From the NCBI GenBank assembly GCA_013115145.1, contig JAAPAO010000148.1, forward strand, positions 1-62,163: a DNA stretch of 62,163 nucleotides, given 5' to 3'. A program made the translations under genes and the position numbers. A model generated the notes under the pieces. It was given only the letters and a program-made list of their open reading frames with translations. It was not told where the DNA came from and did not search any database. The DNA comes from Perkinsus chesapeaki ATCC PRA-425. Lineage: Eukaryota; Protista; Perkinsozoa. This document shows, one piece after another, positions 32,737 through 46,096 of this stretch. How positions within the stretch are numbered: the first letter of the stretch is position 1; each line of letters opens with the position of its first letter.

Positions 32737-34524
32737 CAGTATCCACTGTTTAGTATATTTTTATAACAACGGGTTTAGTTATATTATTCGCCGTTTCAAC
32801 AGCATAACTGTCGAGTTGCCCCTGAGTCTCAAGAATGCCTGTTACGGAGTAGAGTACTGTAAAGTAGCAATTACAGGTGGTTAGACAACAGAGTACTCGA
32901 ACAAGCAGAAGAAGCTTATTTACGAATAAAGTACAATAGAAGCCATTACGGTGGTGCGAATTTTGTGCTTAGCTTTTGCGGACACCCGTCTGAATTTGCG
33001 GAATGGCGAAGTCAGAAGTATTTGAGATTATTCATGAACATCGCACCGTTTTTCGTCACCTCTTTGGACCTTGCCTTCTCTTGCAATTACAGATGGAGCC
33101 CCAGCTGGCACTGTACCACCGGAGAAACATTGAGATTATCAACTTTAGTGGGGACAGTGTGTCACGTCACCGACTTGTGTATCTGGTCGATATCGAATAA
33201 AGATGCACGTGAAGATAAGTGGCGTCTGAAACGCAGGGTGACCAACTCAGTACTCATTAACACACGCGGCTCGATCGATGGACAAGAAATCTTCGGCGCG
33301 ATGAATGAGAGTATAACGATTCAACCAAGCCAGGGGGCAAGACCCATGGCGCCTGGGACAGATGTGACGCGGGCGGCTTATCCTCGGTCGCCCATTAAGA
33401 ATCTAACAACTGATGCTAAGCATTTCGGCCGCAATGCCGCTGAGCTTGTTCATCATCGGCTGGTTTATTATCGGCGTTGAAGGTGACGGTTATAGAAATG
33501 CGGGTGCCCCCTCCCGACACCTGGCCAGTCCTGGGGAATTCTCATTTCCGCTTAATTGCTCCGAAGCTTCCAGCCGTGGTAACTCACCGTTCTGTGCAAC
33601 TGGAGACTACTATGCCGTTGGTGAACGATTAAGCCTCGACCTGGATATGCGCCTATACGATGCACGTGTTCCGAATAAGTCAGTGCTTTTCGGTTTAAAT
33701 GTGGTATTTGACAAAAGCCTTCCCAGTAGGCTGACCGTCCGAACTGGTGGGTGTGCTGCCCCAACTTTCATGGGATTAAACGGTGTCTCATGGCAACTTG
33801 CCCCTACTATATGTACATCTGGCGGCGGTTATGGGGAGTTTGACTTCTCAACACAGGGTTTCTCGGCTAACTTCGAAGTATGTGGTGATACTGGTATATA
33901 TATCGATGGCGTAAAAGCCTTTCTCTCGGCGGTACCCTTCAGGGCGAGGGGCTATGCCTATGCGAATCCGCCTTTCGATGTGGGGCTACACGCAACCGTC
34001 GAGGACTCTGGTGGAGACCCCAATTTATTTGAGATTGCACTGAACTTCGTCAATACTATCAACTCCGTGAGAAACTCAACACAGACCTGGCGTGTGTTCA
34101 GTGGAGTCAGCTTCCACGTCCACGGTACCGGATTTGGTCGTACTTCATACACTAGTACTTTCATCGACCAAATTGTGATCCTAGAGCCATTTTCTAACTA
34201 AGAACTGTAAAATTGATATTAGTCTGATAGCTCGTATACGTCTCAACATTAGCTTAGCAGATCGATTTATTATTTGGTATGATTCGTGTCTCAGGTGAAT
34301 AAATGTCAAGTCTATTCCAGTTCTTCAATTATGTGTATGTCTCAACTTGAGGGTCATTAACAACCCTACGTATGACGGTGCATAGGGCCATTCTGTAGCT
34401 TGGTCGACGGCGATCGCTAGCTCGACATCTTTGTAGTACTACGTTGTTGCTACCGATCAGAATTCCCGGTTCAAAATCGATTAACCTGATTTCTTGCTTC
34501 AATCAGTTTGAAAGCGTACTGTGT
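32737..34524 (+). repeat. Segmental duplication, copy B
   Basis: Paralogous to 28936-30760. Preceded at 32654-32735 by a fragment of the same secreted-protein family. Confidence 0.9.
33434..34201 (+). CDS. Intronless secreted beta-rich protein of unknown family (copy B)
   Basis: MPLSLFIIGWFIIGVEG...; collinear with copy A, four shared Cys. Confidence 0.8.
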   Translation: MPLSLFIIGWFIIGVEGDGYRNAGAPSRHLASPGEFSFPLNCSEASSRGNSPFCATGDYYAVGERLSLDLDMRLYDARVPNKSVLFGLNVVFDKSLPSRLTVRTGGCAAPTFMGLNGVSWQLAPTICTSGGGYGEFDFSTQGFSANFEVCGDTGIYIDGVKAFLSAVPFRARGYAYANPPFDVGLHATVEDSGGDPNLFEIALNFVNTINSVRNSTQTWRVFSGVSFHVHGTGFGRTSYTSTFIDQIVILEPFSN

Positions 34525-35597
34525 TACAGTAACACTGTTACTGGCGCGTTGTTAGAAGCGTGTTGCTCATTATAGGCGTAAACCCTTTGGAAAGACTCAA
34601 GTCGTGATACACTAAAAAAGTTGACAGTTCTCACCGGGACGCTATCATCACTTATTTACTTGATTACTTATCTCGGAGGTCTCGAGCTATTGTACGGCAC
34701 TGCATGGTTTCTTGCTTTGCCAAAACCTCTAGACTAGATCGTTAGGCTTCTGTGTGCCCGCGCAATGCGCGCAGGAAGCAATCGTGCGCAGAAGTTGCGT
34801 GTCGGACTTGGAAATCACCGGTACTCCTCCGCTTTGTATTATGCACTGTAGTACCTGCTTGCGAGTGGCCGGACATATTGTATGGGATAGTTGTTGCGCA
34901 AAATGTGGGCTAACCCGTAGGCCATTCACAACAAGCGTGACTATTACTTTGCACCAGGGCTAAGAAGCCGTGTTACAGTGCATCTCGCATTTCGTGCCGT
35001 AACAGCACAGTTTTCTCACTCGCATGGCGCCAAAGGTATAGATCATGATGAGTGACTTCACCAGCCTCAACCTCATACGGCAGGAGTGCTGGCAGAGTGA
35101 ATACTGTTGAAGTTCGAACCTTCCTGGTACGTGGCACCGATTTTGTCCAAAAACACTTATGCGTGACATCGGTTAACCCTATTGTCTCGTTCAGACTCGA
35201 GTAGCTGAACGCTGAAACATGATACTAGTTCTAGTGGGGATGTCCGGGCACCTCAGTCGCTCTCCCACTGTGGTATGCTTTTCACTATCCTTCGGCCCTT
35301 GGTCAAGTTGGGATTGGATGGCTTGGCAGTAACTCACTACCGTGTTACCGCGAGCAAGTTCTATAGGTCACGTTCCTCGGGAAATGCTATCTTCGATCAT
35401 TCCTTGTAGGGCAGCCGGTTCAAAACATCCACGTCGGATGTGTTCAAAGCACGAAGAGGAACATTTGCGACCTGCGTCAGTGACCTTCGCGGAATTTGAA
35501 CTAAAAGCCTTCCGGCTCTTTCGTGTGCAGGCTCCACGGTGGAGCAAATGCATGAGCGACTACATTGTGTTGTAGCAGTTCGCTTGATTTAAGGTCA

Positions 35598-36716
35598 ATA
35601 ATATACATAAAGCTACCTCTCAACGGTCTACTATCTTTTTCGTTATACCAGCATCTGCAGATATAGTCTACCGGGACTACATCGATGGTGACAAGTACGA
35701 CGACCCCGACGCAGGGTTCGGCATATGTCGTGCCAAGGCAACGATTCCCTGCTATGTTGCAATCGACGGCAGCAAGAGTAACCATGTAAGTTGCGACTAC
35801 CGTACTCAGGAGGCTGCTTCTGCGGAACTACTGGGGGCTCGCTGGCCTACTTATACCATTAACTTGTACCTCAGACGGTTGTTGGATTCATCAAGGTTGA
35901 CATACCATTTGGATTCACAGCAGAGGAGCAAACACGTTTTGAAGAGAGAATGTAAACAAAAATCTCGTTCCGAACGAGTCGTTCGAAGTATCGGTATTCA
36001 AGTCTATCTACTGTAGACCACTGAGCTTCTGAGATCTCTTGTTTCTCCTGTTCCCCAGCTGTTACATAAATCCGCTATCCGAATGCTTCGCTCAGGAAAG
36101 ATCCCAAGAAGAAAGGAGACTTCGGCTACATACATACTGTAAGCCGAGGAGGGCCGTGTTTATGGTAAGATTCCCCACGTCAGGTTGAGGTAATCAAAGA
36201 CCACCGAAGAAAGGGTATTGGGAGAAAGTTGGTGACACACGCTATTGATCTCGTAAGAGTGTCAACTTCGCACTCACTGGTGGTGCGCAAACCCGCATGT
36301 ACTTGTGTAAATCCGCCTGTATTTTTTCTGCGATTGCAAATCCCCAAAGCGTATTGATTCGACATCTTCGCTGGGGCAGTGGCATGAGATCGCTCACTGC
36401 AGCAGTCTGGGATTACTGTAGCTTCCTCGATATGAGCATATTCGGGTTTCAAAAGGTGTCCCTTCAAAGCGTTCCACTTTAGGGTAAGAGAACTAAGAAT
36501 ACACTGGCTATGGTGCTGTTCGTTAATGAGGAGGATACCGGTCCAATACAGCTGTATCAGAAACTCCATTTTATCAGAGTCATGAGTAAGTTGCAAGTCC
36601 TGTAGACAACCTCCGAGTTTCCCGCTCCTTCTTCAGAGACATCGATGCTGTATATGTATGCCTATTATTATGTACCCGTCAAACCAACTTTGAGGCGTAT
36701 CGATATTATCGAGTGA
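35598..36716 (+). CDS. GNAT acetyltransferase with signal peptide (copy 2); no in-frame ATG found
   Basis: ADIVYRDY...PCYVAID, TVVGFIKVDIP, GYIHT|VEVIKDHRRKGIGRKLV, LFVNEENTGPIQLYQKLHF and YMYAYYYVPVK. Several intron positions match copy 1. Confidence 0.7.
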
Positions 36717-36882
36717 CAGGATTACGATCTCGGCAAGGCCGTAGATGCTAATCCATCCGACTCTCAGCGGATCTACAGTTCTAAGAGGTCGGCCGACGGC
36801 TTTCCGCCACTTTCTTTAATATAGAGCTTGTTCTTCAGTCAGATCCTTTACAAGAACCTGAGTTCTAGTAACAGTTGTGAAT

Positions 36883-36903
36883 TGTGACACGCGGCGTGTC
36901 ACA
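36883..36903. repeat. Perfect palindrome TGTGACACGC-G-GCGTGTCACA
   Basis: 10-bp arms, 1-nt centre, intergenic. Confidence 0.9.
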
Positions 36904-37562
36904 CGTCAAGAAAGCAAATCAATTCTCGTCACGAAGTTCTCTGTGAAAGTGGCATGACCTTCATCTTCTCGCAGCACTCAAGCCGCGAGTTGAGTGGGGC
37001 TCTTATGCTATTCATTATCTTTGCATGACCCGTTCCTTGCGTTACCCGAGCTAACTAAACTGTTCTGTCTACTCGAGGGATTATTCCCTCCGATCTAGTA
37101 ACAAGAGTGCCCGCAAAAATACTGCACAAAACACTGCTGACTGATCGAGAGAATTCCACAGCGCGGTAGGCATGTTATCATTGTCACTTATTTTCAGGTC
37201 ATCTTACCAACCACAGGGGTCAACCTTCTAAACGTGTCTAAACTTGGACATATTGTGACGTTAAGCTGCTTCATGCATTGCCAGGCTCAGGCCCTAGGAT
37301 GCCTGCCAAGCCTCTGAGCCGCTGGGAGCAGCGGTGGCCGGGCGCTTCGCCCGTGGATCAGAATACGAGGGAGGAATATCTGAAACATGCACGCTATGCC
37401 TGGCACGGGGAACTTGCCGACTGCCACCTCCTGATGCTTCAGTCTCTGGCTTCAACTCATCGGGTGAACTACTATCAGTGGCAAGGTCCCGTATGGCGGG
37501 GGCTGTAGAGCTGCTACTTGTGGTGCTACCTGAAAAGACTGATACTCGGGTTTATAGAAATC

Positions 37563-40197
37563 TCAGCTACTGTAGCTCATTTGATGCTGCTGAGGCTGTG
37601 TTTCCGAGAAAAGCTTTGGGACGCCTTCTAGCCAGGGGTCGGCCCCAAGCTGGTTGGCGTCCATTCGTTCATCCTGAGGCCCAAACGAGTGGTCAGCGGG
37701 ATATGCAGTCGTAGAGTTAGACCGCTTATCAAACAATGAGATTAGACCTACCGCATCAACCTTAAGCAAGCGTTTGAGTATAGCTCTTGCCCCGGGTGCT
37801 AGGATCGGCGAGGTCGGATCGGGGAGGTAGAAGCGACCTTTCTGGATCTTCATGTACAGCTCCTTTTGCGTGTGCGCTCGGAAAGGGAAGCCACCAAAGA
37901 TCATGACATAGAGAATGACCTGTCAATGGAAAATAACAGCAGCAGTAAGAGGAGGAGAGCGGATCACCCCAATGGCCCACATATCAGCTTTGAAACCATT
38001 GTACTCTCCACCATTGATGAGCTGAGGACACATGTAGGAGGGTGTGCCGCAAAAGATCTTCACGTTTTGGCCTTCCGGGACCGATGTGGAGAACCTGCGG
38101 CGGTGCTTCAAATAGAAGCAGACTAGCAGAGACCGAAGACCCGAAGTCGATGATCTTTATTCGGTCCCCTCTCTCCAAAAGAATGTTCTCCAACTTGAGA
38201 TCTCGATGTACTATCCTTTTGTCGTGACAGTACTTCACGCCTGCACATATTTGTGCCATGAACCTTAGAAGGGCGACAGAATCAATAACATTTACAGACC
38301 GGAGGTGTATAGTTTTGGTCAGGCATTCGACGCCCACGAATATCTTATATCCGAAACTTCTTCTAGATATAATATATCTAGAACAAGTTAGAGCGCCCAA
38401 TGGCCAACGTATGCTAGTCTGAAATGAGACTACGAAAAGCCGGCAAATAGGTCCTCTTAGTCACTAACAACAAGTTTGCTCTTTGTCCGCCTACTTCTTC
38501 GCTGTTGCCTCATCGACCTTGTGCCCAGGTAACTTGCGAAGATACTCGTTTAGGCAGCCACCACTGATGTGCTCCAGGATGAGGTAGCTGAACGCCATTA
38601 ACAAAGTGTGCTGTTGGTAATGTACATCTTTTTTGGTGTATCGAATGTTTCTATGAACTGGACAATATTTGGATGTGATATCTTTTTCATCACGTGAATC
38701 TCTCGTATCACATTCCGCCGCCTCGTGGTGGACCCCACCAGGCTGATCTTCTCGTATCTGGATGTTACCCGCAACTCCGTCCACTCAGTTCTATCGCTGT
38801 CCCACATTTTAACAGCAACTTTTCCGGCTCGATTGCCTTTGCACCATCCCAGCCTCACCGTAGCATAGGCGCCATGCCCGAGTTTCTCCCCCAAGAGATA
38901 CCTGCCCAGAAAGTCGCAATCTCGAAGGGCAGGAGATCATCACGTCATTACTTCGCCAACACAGCCGACTCCTCATGAGTGTATCTATCGAACGGCTCGA
39001 AGTTATGTTCTCTGAATATTTTCTCTCGCTTAGCCGGGTCTATCTTCGCTGCCTGCTGTCCGGTTATGACTAGGTCCCAGGAGCGGTTTTCCTTACGAAA
39101 TCAACCGCTAAATGAACTGCATGCTTGTACGGCTCGAGAGCGTGTTCCTTTGGCCCATCGCGCCGCCCAGTGTTTATTCGCGCCCTGCCTCCGAGGGCTG
39201 CCGTAGCTGGTCTACCCCATGGGTCTCCAGGAGTGCTAAGGCCGCTTGGTGCTCTTCCTCCGCTAGGCCGATGTCGGTGAGGAAATGCATTACCAGCAGT
39301 AGGGGCCGTCGCGGCATAATTCTGCCGGGCATAACCTATGCAGCAATTGTCCTATACTTCAAAGGCAAGAGAAACTGACCTGCCGTTTGCGGGCGTTTTC
39401 TGGCGTATTTGTTGCCATTCTCTATCATCCTCCGGAGTATCTCTCGATACTTATCAGGATCTACACCGGCCGCCTCGACCATTTCCAACTGCTGTTGGTC
39501 CAATTCGCCAGGAGCATTCCCTGCATTCTGATAACCCTGGCTCTGTTGCCTGTCGCTAGTAGCGGTCATCGGGCGAGGTCCTCGAAAGATATGACCAGGT
39601 TGAATGAGCGCAAACTTTTACCTTGAGGACGTCGGTATCCAGCATGGGGCCTATGAGGATTACGAGGAGGCCTCCACCCTCCCCCGGCTGCCGCTAGGGC
39701 ATCACCTCGAACATGGTGGCGAGTCTACAGCGAGGCTGACCAGGTCAAGTAACTCGAGGAGCTACATCTTGATTGGTGTTAACTTGCGGGGCCGCATAAT
39801 TTCTGTTGGATCGCCCCGCCATTCGAGGATACGCTGACTGAGGCCGATTGGGGGAGTGGCCAGCCCAGTTGTAATCTAGCAGACATGAACGAGCACTCTC
39901 CCACATAAGGAATCATTCCCAGGTAGACGACGGAGAGAAGGTCACTAGGAAGAGATGCGAATTCGTGAGTTTTCTCTGTAAGGCAGTGATGGAACATCCG
40001 CGATGCGCCGGCGCCTTTTCAAGCAGGTCCTCACAGTTATTGTGATGATGTCTTGGCGCAGCTGCCCTCCCCGGTCCAGACTGGAGGCGATCGTCATGGC
40101 CTCCTCTCCACCCGTAAAGATTGTTGTGTGTCGCATTTGGATTTGCACTCGCTGGGCGTTGCCCTATGGCACTCCCTGAGGGCCCTAAGTTGGTCAT
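37563..40197 (-). CDS. Ser/Thr protein kinase, CAMK group (MARK/SNF1-like), with a long low-complexity N-terminus
   Basis: [34 protein letters not shown] and [11 protein letters not shown]...ADMWAIGV across short introns. Confidence 0.92.
38361..38383. repeat. Perfect palindrome TTCTAGATATA-A-TATATCTAGAA inside a kinase intron
   Basis: 11-bp arms, 1-nt centre. Confidence 0.9.
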
Positions 40198-40377
40198 ATT
40201 TATTACGGATACCAGTGAACTTGACCGGTATCCGCGGTGACAACACTACGGCCCAGTACCGTGAAACAAAAGGACAAAATCAAGTATGCAATGACACAGG
40301 CACACATTATACATAATAGAGCTTACAAACAGAAAATGCACGTTCCGAAAGAGCCATCCCAACTGGACAGGGCGTGC

Positions 40378-43300
40378 TCAGGGCTGGCCGAGTGACTGAG
40401 GCACAAAGAAGGAGGTAATTGCTCGGCCGAAACGCCTGGCGTAGTCCTCGGGGTGGATGACCGTGGGCGCCACATTCAAACGAGAGAACCTCGGGCCCCA
40501 TAGCTCATCTGAAAACAAGAATTCTACAAAGCTGTGAAGAGCAGCAGCAGCCCGGAGGGCCACAACTTACGCAGCAACTTCCTGGCATCTACTGAGGCAT
40601 TCCTGATCAGGGGGATCTCCACTTGCCCCGCATCTTGCATATCAATGGCTTCGGATGCCATTACGTCACTAGAGGCCATGGGAGGGATAACCAGACTTGC
40701 AGCGTCTGGAGCAGAACCAGCGGCGGCCGGTGGCTCAGACGCCGGAGCCCGTCGGACATGTGCAAGACTGGTGTTGCCGGCATACATTGCGGTCTTGAGG
40801 AGGGTCTCGAGCTGCTTCTCCCACGTATAGGGTCGGAAGTAGTCTATCATACCGAACGAGACTTGCAGTGGACCCAGATCTGGGCCGCATGCCAGCAGGC
40901 ACGGCGAGTCCTCCGATGGAGCGCGGCACTCGTGAGGAACGTAAATACGTCTTCGCCTGTAAGCACCGCCACCGGCGTTGTCCGGCGCCTTGTGTATCAT
41001 AAGGAGGAGGGAGTAATCCACAATGTATAGCTTCGACAGGAAGTGGGTGTCGTTCTTGGCCGCACTGTCAAGGTAGAGATAGTCCTCCGGCGACAGAGTC
41101 AGTGGCAGACCGCGAGTCCATTCCCTGAAGTTCTGGTCCCACAGGACGACATCCGGCCCCGGCTGGGGATCTGCAGAATCGATGCACGGAGCAGCTTCAT
41201 CCGGGCTGGCCGAACTGTCGGCTAGCCCGGATGACGTCGCCTCCCGGAAGGCTCTCTTCGGTCCAACACCCTTGAGATCAAAGAGAAGCAGGTCCTGCTT
41301 CTGGCTCGCACTGAGATGATGTTCTAAATGTCGCATCACTATGAAGGTCCTCCGATACTGTCGACCACCGCCAGCCGTCTTGTGTGTGACCGTGAACATA
41401 CCGTAGACCTCAATCAGAGTGGTAGGCATATTCTGGAAGATTCGCTTGCTGTCATACCAAAAAAGCGCCTCGCCGTTCTCTTCGATGAAGTCCTGCTCCC
41501 TAGCCTTCAGCGCCTTGAAAATATACCGTCCATTATGGCTGACGTAGAAGGAAGCACCGCTCTTCCCTCCGGCCGGACGCAGACGTCTCGTGTGACGGAT
41601 GGAGCGAATAAACTCGAGGTCCCCGCCGCACATCCAGTGCCGGAATGCATGCCACTGTAGGGCGTAGTAGACGCGGACCTCCCAGCTGTGATTCTCATTC
41701 GAGAACTCAATGTCGACATGTGGCGAAACGTCTCCAGTTGCACCCTCACCGCCGGCTAGCAGCGCAGACTTTACCCACAGAGCCTCGCCCTCACTGAGAC
41801 CTCGACCACTAGGAGTTCTGTAACTCCGAGACCCGCTTCCCGCTGTACACGTCGGCCAAACCTTCTCGTTCTCTTTCACAGCATCGCCATTCTCGTCATA
41901 ATCTTCATCGCCGTCCCTTAGCTGAGGCGGCAGCGGCGGCTCGGCCTGTAGACCGGCGTGATTCAAAAGCTCTTCGGTGGTTAGGGGTGGCCCCGAGCAC
42001 CACGATGAGTTCTGGCATATAGGGCAACCCTCTGAACTTTCCACAAACTCCTGCGTCAGCTGTGTCATCTTTGCCTTCATCTGCTCACTCGCCAAGGCAA
42101 AGGCCACCCAGGAGCCGATGTCCTCGTCACCCACAACCACACAAGTGAGGTCGTTGGGCCTGTGCAGAGCGAGTCTTCCTTCTTGGGGCTTGATGACCTC
42201 GCGCATCTCATTGACTTCATGATAGATCCCGGCACAGGCACGCCCGGCCGAAACAGCGAGCTCACGGACACTTCGCCGGACCCTGCCGCGCTGGTCCTCC
42301 TCGTGAACTCCAATGACACAGGGCGAAGATTTAGACCGACCCAATAACGATGCTGCTATCGCTGGTCCGGCCTCCTCCAACAGGCTCGAGGTTGTTCTCT
42401 GAAGTTTCCTCTTAGGACCGAGAACGCTCTCGTTGTCAATGAGAGTGAAGCTGGAGGATACCGTCTGCAGGTCCTTTTCGGTTAAATTGTCAGGGGGAGG
42501 GATCTTCGGTGACGAAACCCCAGTCTCCCCGGTCTTATCAACCCCATCAGTGAGAGGCTGTAGACATTCCAACACACAGTGGGAAATACTTCTACAGGCC
42601 GAGAATATCTCGTACCGGACTGAGTTAAGGACAAGAGAATCACCTCTCTGCAGAGGAGCCGACAGCGCGTAGGCCCTCATTCCTTCTAGAGTTGCTCGGA
42701 TAGCGCTGATGCCCATCAGGGCCTTCTTGGACACGGCACGGTACTCCCACAGACCCCACTCTAGGACGGAGTGCTCCAGCTCCAGTAGGAGCTTCTCGAT
42801 AGGCCCAGCGAATCTCAAGGCCAGATCCCTCAGCAGCCTAATGTCCTCGGCTTTCGTACAGCAGTCATCTCGACCCCAGTACGCCGACCTGTCCCGGCTC
42901 AGGACCAAGGAATGACAGGGTGCACTACGCCATTCAAAGCTGCATATCTTCCGAGCACCTCGGCACGCAAAGAGATGCACATGGTCTCGGAAGACCGAGT
43001 GAGGACAGGTATGGATGGCGTCCGGCAGGTGCTGCAGTGCTCGGTAATCGGTCGTGGCGGTGTAGTTGTGGAAGAAGAGCTCCAAGAACTTCCCGATGGA
43101 TATGCGGGAACCATCCTTGGTCAGCTTTACTCGAGGAGTTACGTTCGTCCCGCATACCCTACAGAACCTCCAGGTATCGATGTCGAAACCGGCCTCGCTG
43201 GCCTCGGAGGATGTGCCGCCCTGCATATAGGAGAGCACTTGCTCTCCGGCCCACCGCTCCACTCGGACTATCACGCGGCCGTGACAGTGCTGCCAACACA

Positions 43301-46010
43301 GTGCGCTGGCTCCAGTAATGGGTACTTGAACTGGGCCCGTGCTGCTAGAGCGGCTGTCACCGAGGTTTCCACCACCCCCGCCCCCCATCACTCGGCGGAC
43401 AATGTACTCCGCCAGAGTGATGTCCCATGGCTGAGCGCGGTCCTCGGGGTCCCTGTTGGCGTACATGCCGAAGAGATGGGGCTTTGGATGGCTCGCGTAC
43501 TTCTCGGCTTGGCCAACCATATACACTATAGTGGGAAGACACTGGCTTCCGCCCTCCCAAGAAAACTGACTAAGTCTCTTCTCGCGGTCCATTGCATGGC
43601 CGATGTCAGCTGAGACCATAATATCGAGTGGCATACGCGAGCACCGGGAAAGGGAGGGCGAGCTGTTGAGGGGGTGACAGGCGGCGTAGTGCTCATCGAT
43701 GAAGGTGTCTTGAAAGAACTCAGTCTGGGCGAGTATGGCGTACCCAACCTTCACGGCCCATTTGGTGCACACTCTGCCGGCCTTGAGGAGGGCTCGGTCC
43801 TCCGGACGATGCCCATGTGTCTTGAGACAGAGCGTCGCCAGCCTCGAGTTCATGCCGCCACGGATAACCATGTTCACGCTGCGCAGAGGCACTCGACCTC
43901 GGTGCTCTTGTGATGCGTTATCGTTGGGCACGATCTGCAAAGACAACTCCTCCTCTCAACCTCAGCCCGGCCAGGAGAGACCCACCTTCCACTGCTCGGC
44001 CACTCCAACCACATGGGTCATCTTCTGAGCATGAGCCACGCTAAGAACGTCCATGTTGGCCAGGACCACCCCTCCAGCAGCACTGGCCGCCAACTCCAAG
44101 TTGCATTGGGGGACATGAGTGCACACACTGACGCCAGCTTCGAGAAGAGCATCCAAGGCTCGCCTGAGAATTACCGTGAGATGAAGCAACCGAAGAACGA
44201 ATGCTGCCACAACCTACCGCGTTACTCTGCCGCCGCAGAGGAGAATTTGCACCGGTGTGTCCGGACCTCCGAGGGAGACAATCTTCTTCACAACGATTTC
44301 GATGTAGCTCTGTTCTTGGGCCCTGAGGAAGTCCATTGGGATGAAGCCTGATTTACTAGGGCCCTCGAACTCTATGGCTCCCTGGATGCAGACCAGGCCG
44401 GCATTTGCCCGCCATAGGGGCATCTCAGTGTTGGCTACATTATGGTGGAAAATGGTGCCCCTCAGATAGTAGCTGAGGCTCAGGGACGGGTGCCCGCCAC
44501 CACCACCATCCCAATCGTTACCGGTGAGCGTTCGGACCTTGACCAGTTTAAGTATGTCTATGTTATTATCGCCCCCGCCCTCAGCCAGCGGCAACAGCTT
44601 GTCCTGGATGCTCTCGACAGCCTGCCATGCTAGGTTCATAACCACCTCGTAGTTCTCGTCGGTGAAGTGCTCGCCCATGCAGGCCTTGCAACACTCCTTA
44701 ACGCTCCATCTCCAATGCTCGGTCATAGTCCTCCGGAGTTCGCTGCAGTGATGCACTTCCTGCTCCTCTCCACCGCCGCCGCCGCCAGACGAAGGCATGG
44801 CCCGGACCTTCTCGAGGCTCGGCAGATGGGCTTTGGTTTCGGATAAGCTTCGTCGGAGCGAATCCATGACATCAGCATCACCAACAAGCTCATCAGTGGT
44901 CTCGAAGAGACTGTCCAGAGGCTTCGAGAACTGCTCAGTAGGCGGGGCCGATCGTACCGAGAAAGTCGTAAGAGCGTGGGCCCATATGGTCGCCGACGCC
45001 TCTGCGTCCTCGACTCTCGCCGAGTATTCACTTCTGGTGTCACTTTCACCACTTTCGCTCACTGCAAGGTCTGCACTGTGATAGCGGCGTCCCTCGGAAG
45101 CATCGGAGCCCCTCGAGTCACCAAACCCAGGCACCGCCATGCTCCAGGCCCGGCCCTGGCCTCTGTGCGCATAGGTGGCCCCCGCCGGGCTCCGGGGCGA
45201 AGACACCAGACTCTCTAATGGCATCCGGAGCTCCTCGTCCTCCTTGGCGACCAGCTGTTGAGCATCGGGCGAGTGCAGCAACACTGTTGAGTGGCAATGA
45301 TCGCAGACTCGATGTTGGCCTTCTATGAAGTGATTGCTGCATCGATAACAGAATATTCTCCCACATATTCTGCAGTGGTGCTTACGGCGGAATGCATGGA
45401 AGGTCCTCGAGCAGCCAAAGCACGCCGTGCAGGTTTCGTCCGGCATCCACAGGCTTCGGCCATTCTCGCCGTCCAGGAGCTGGACCGGAGGGCTCGGTGG
45501 AGGCGGAGATCCTCGCATGGCAGCTACTTCAGACTGCTGATGACGGTAATGCCGGCTGCTGCTCGAAGCAGAACCATCGGCGTTGCTGAGAGAGCTTCTC
45601 CTGGACCTTCGACCCTGTGGAGTATCGGGGACACCGAGCATGGACCTCGCGGCTTTCCTCCACCATGTGTTGAGACGCCCGCCGATGGTCTGGTCACCGA
45701 CTGCACCACGCTGGTGACCTTCACCTTCGTCACCGCTGCAGCTTATGTCGCTGCCCTGGTCAGAATCATCGTACACCGGGGGCAGGGCCAGAGACCTCGA
45801 CTCGGTGATGACCGGAGGCGGGGCCTGTACCCTTCTCGAGACCAGCCCTGTGATGTGGGGTGCTGAGGTTGAGCCACTGATCCCTCGGGAGAGGCTCCTA
45901 TAAGGAGGGGCAGGCCAGCCAGCTCTCAGGTTGCCCTCTGGGTCGTAGACACGCACGTCGACCGTAGACTCGTTCGGGGGCCGATGAGAGCCTTCCTCCG
46001 AGTCGGCCAT
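40378..46010 (-). CDS. FAB1: 1-phosphatidylinositol-3-phosphate 5-kinase (PIKfyve/Fab1)
   Basis: FYVE (WMPDETCTAC...RRKHHCRICGRIFC...RVCDHC), CCT-like region, CCR (FCRVC...KFLELFF), PIPK domain (GGKSGASF, FDLKG, DYSLL, GMIDYFRPYTWEKQLE, PTVIHPEDYARRF). Confidence 0.95.
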
Positions 46011-46096
46011 TTACAAAAATCCTGAATCCAGAGCAGCGTCTGTGATCAACGCAGGAGGAGCAGGCTGGAGATAGATATCAATTGTAAACGTTGGTA

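Noticed and set aside
42912-43613. 233-aa plus-strand ORF and similar ORFs at 45291-45866 and 48526-49176
   Set aside because: Antisense to well-supported GC-rich coding exons (PIKfyve, SF3B3-like), with no motifs.
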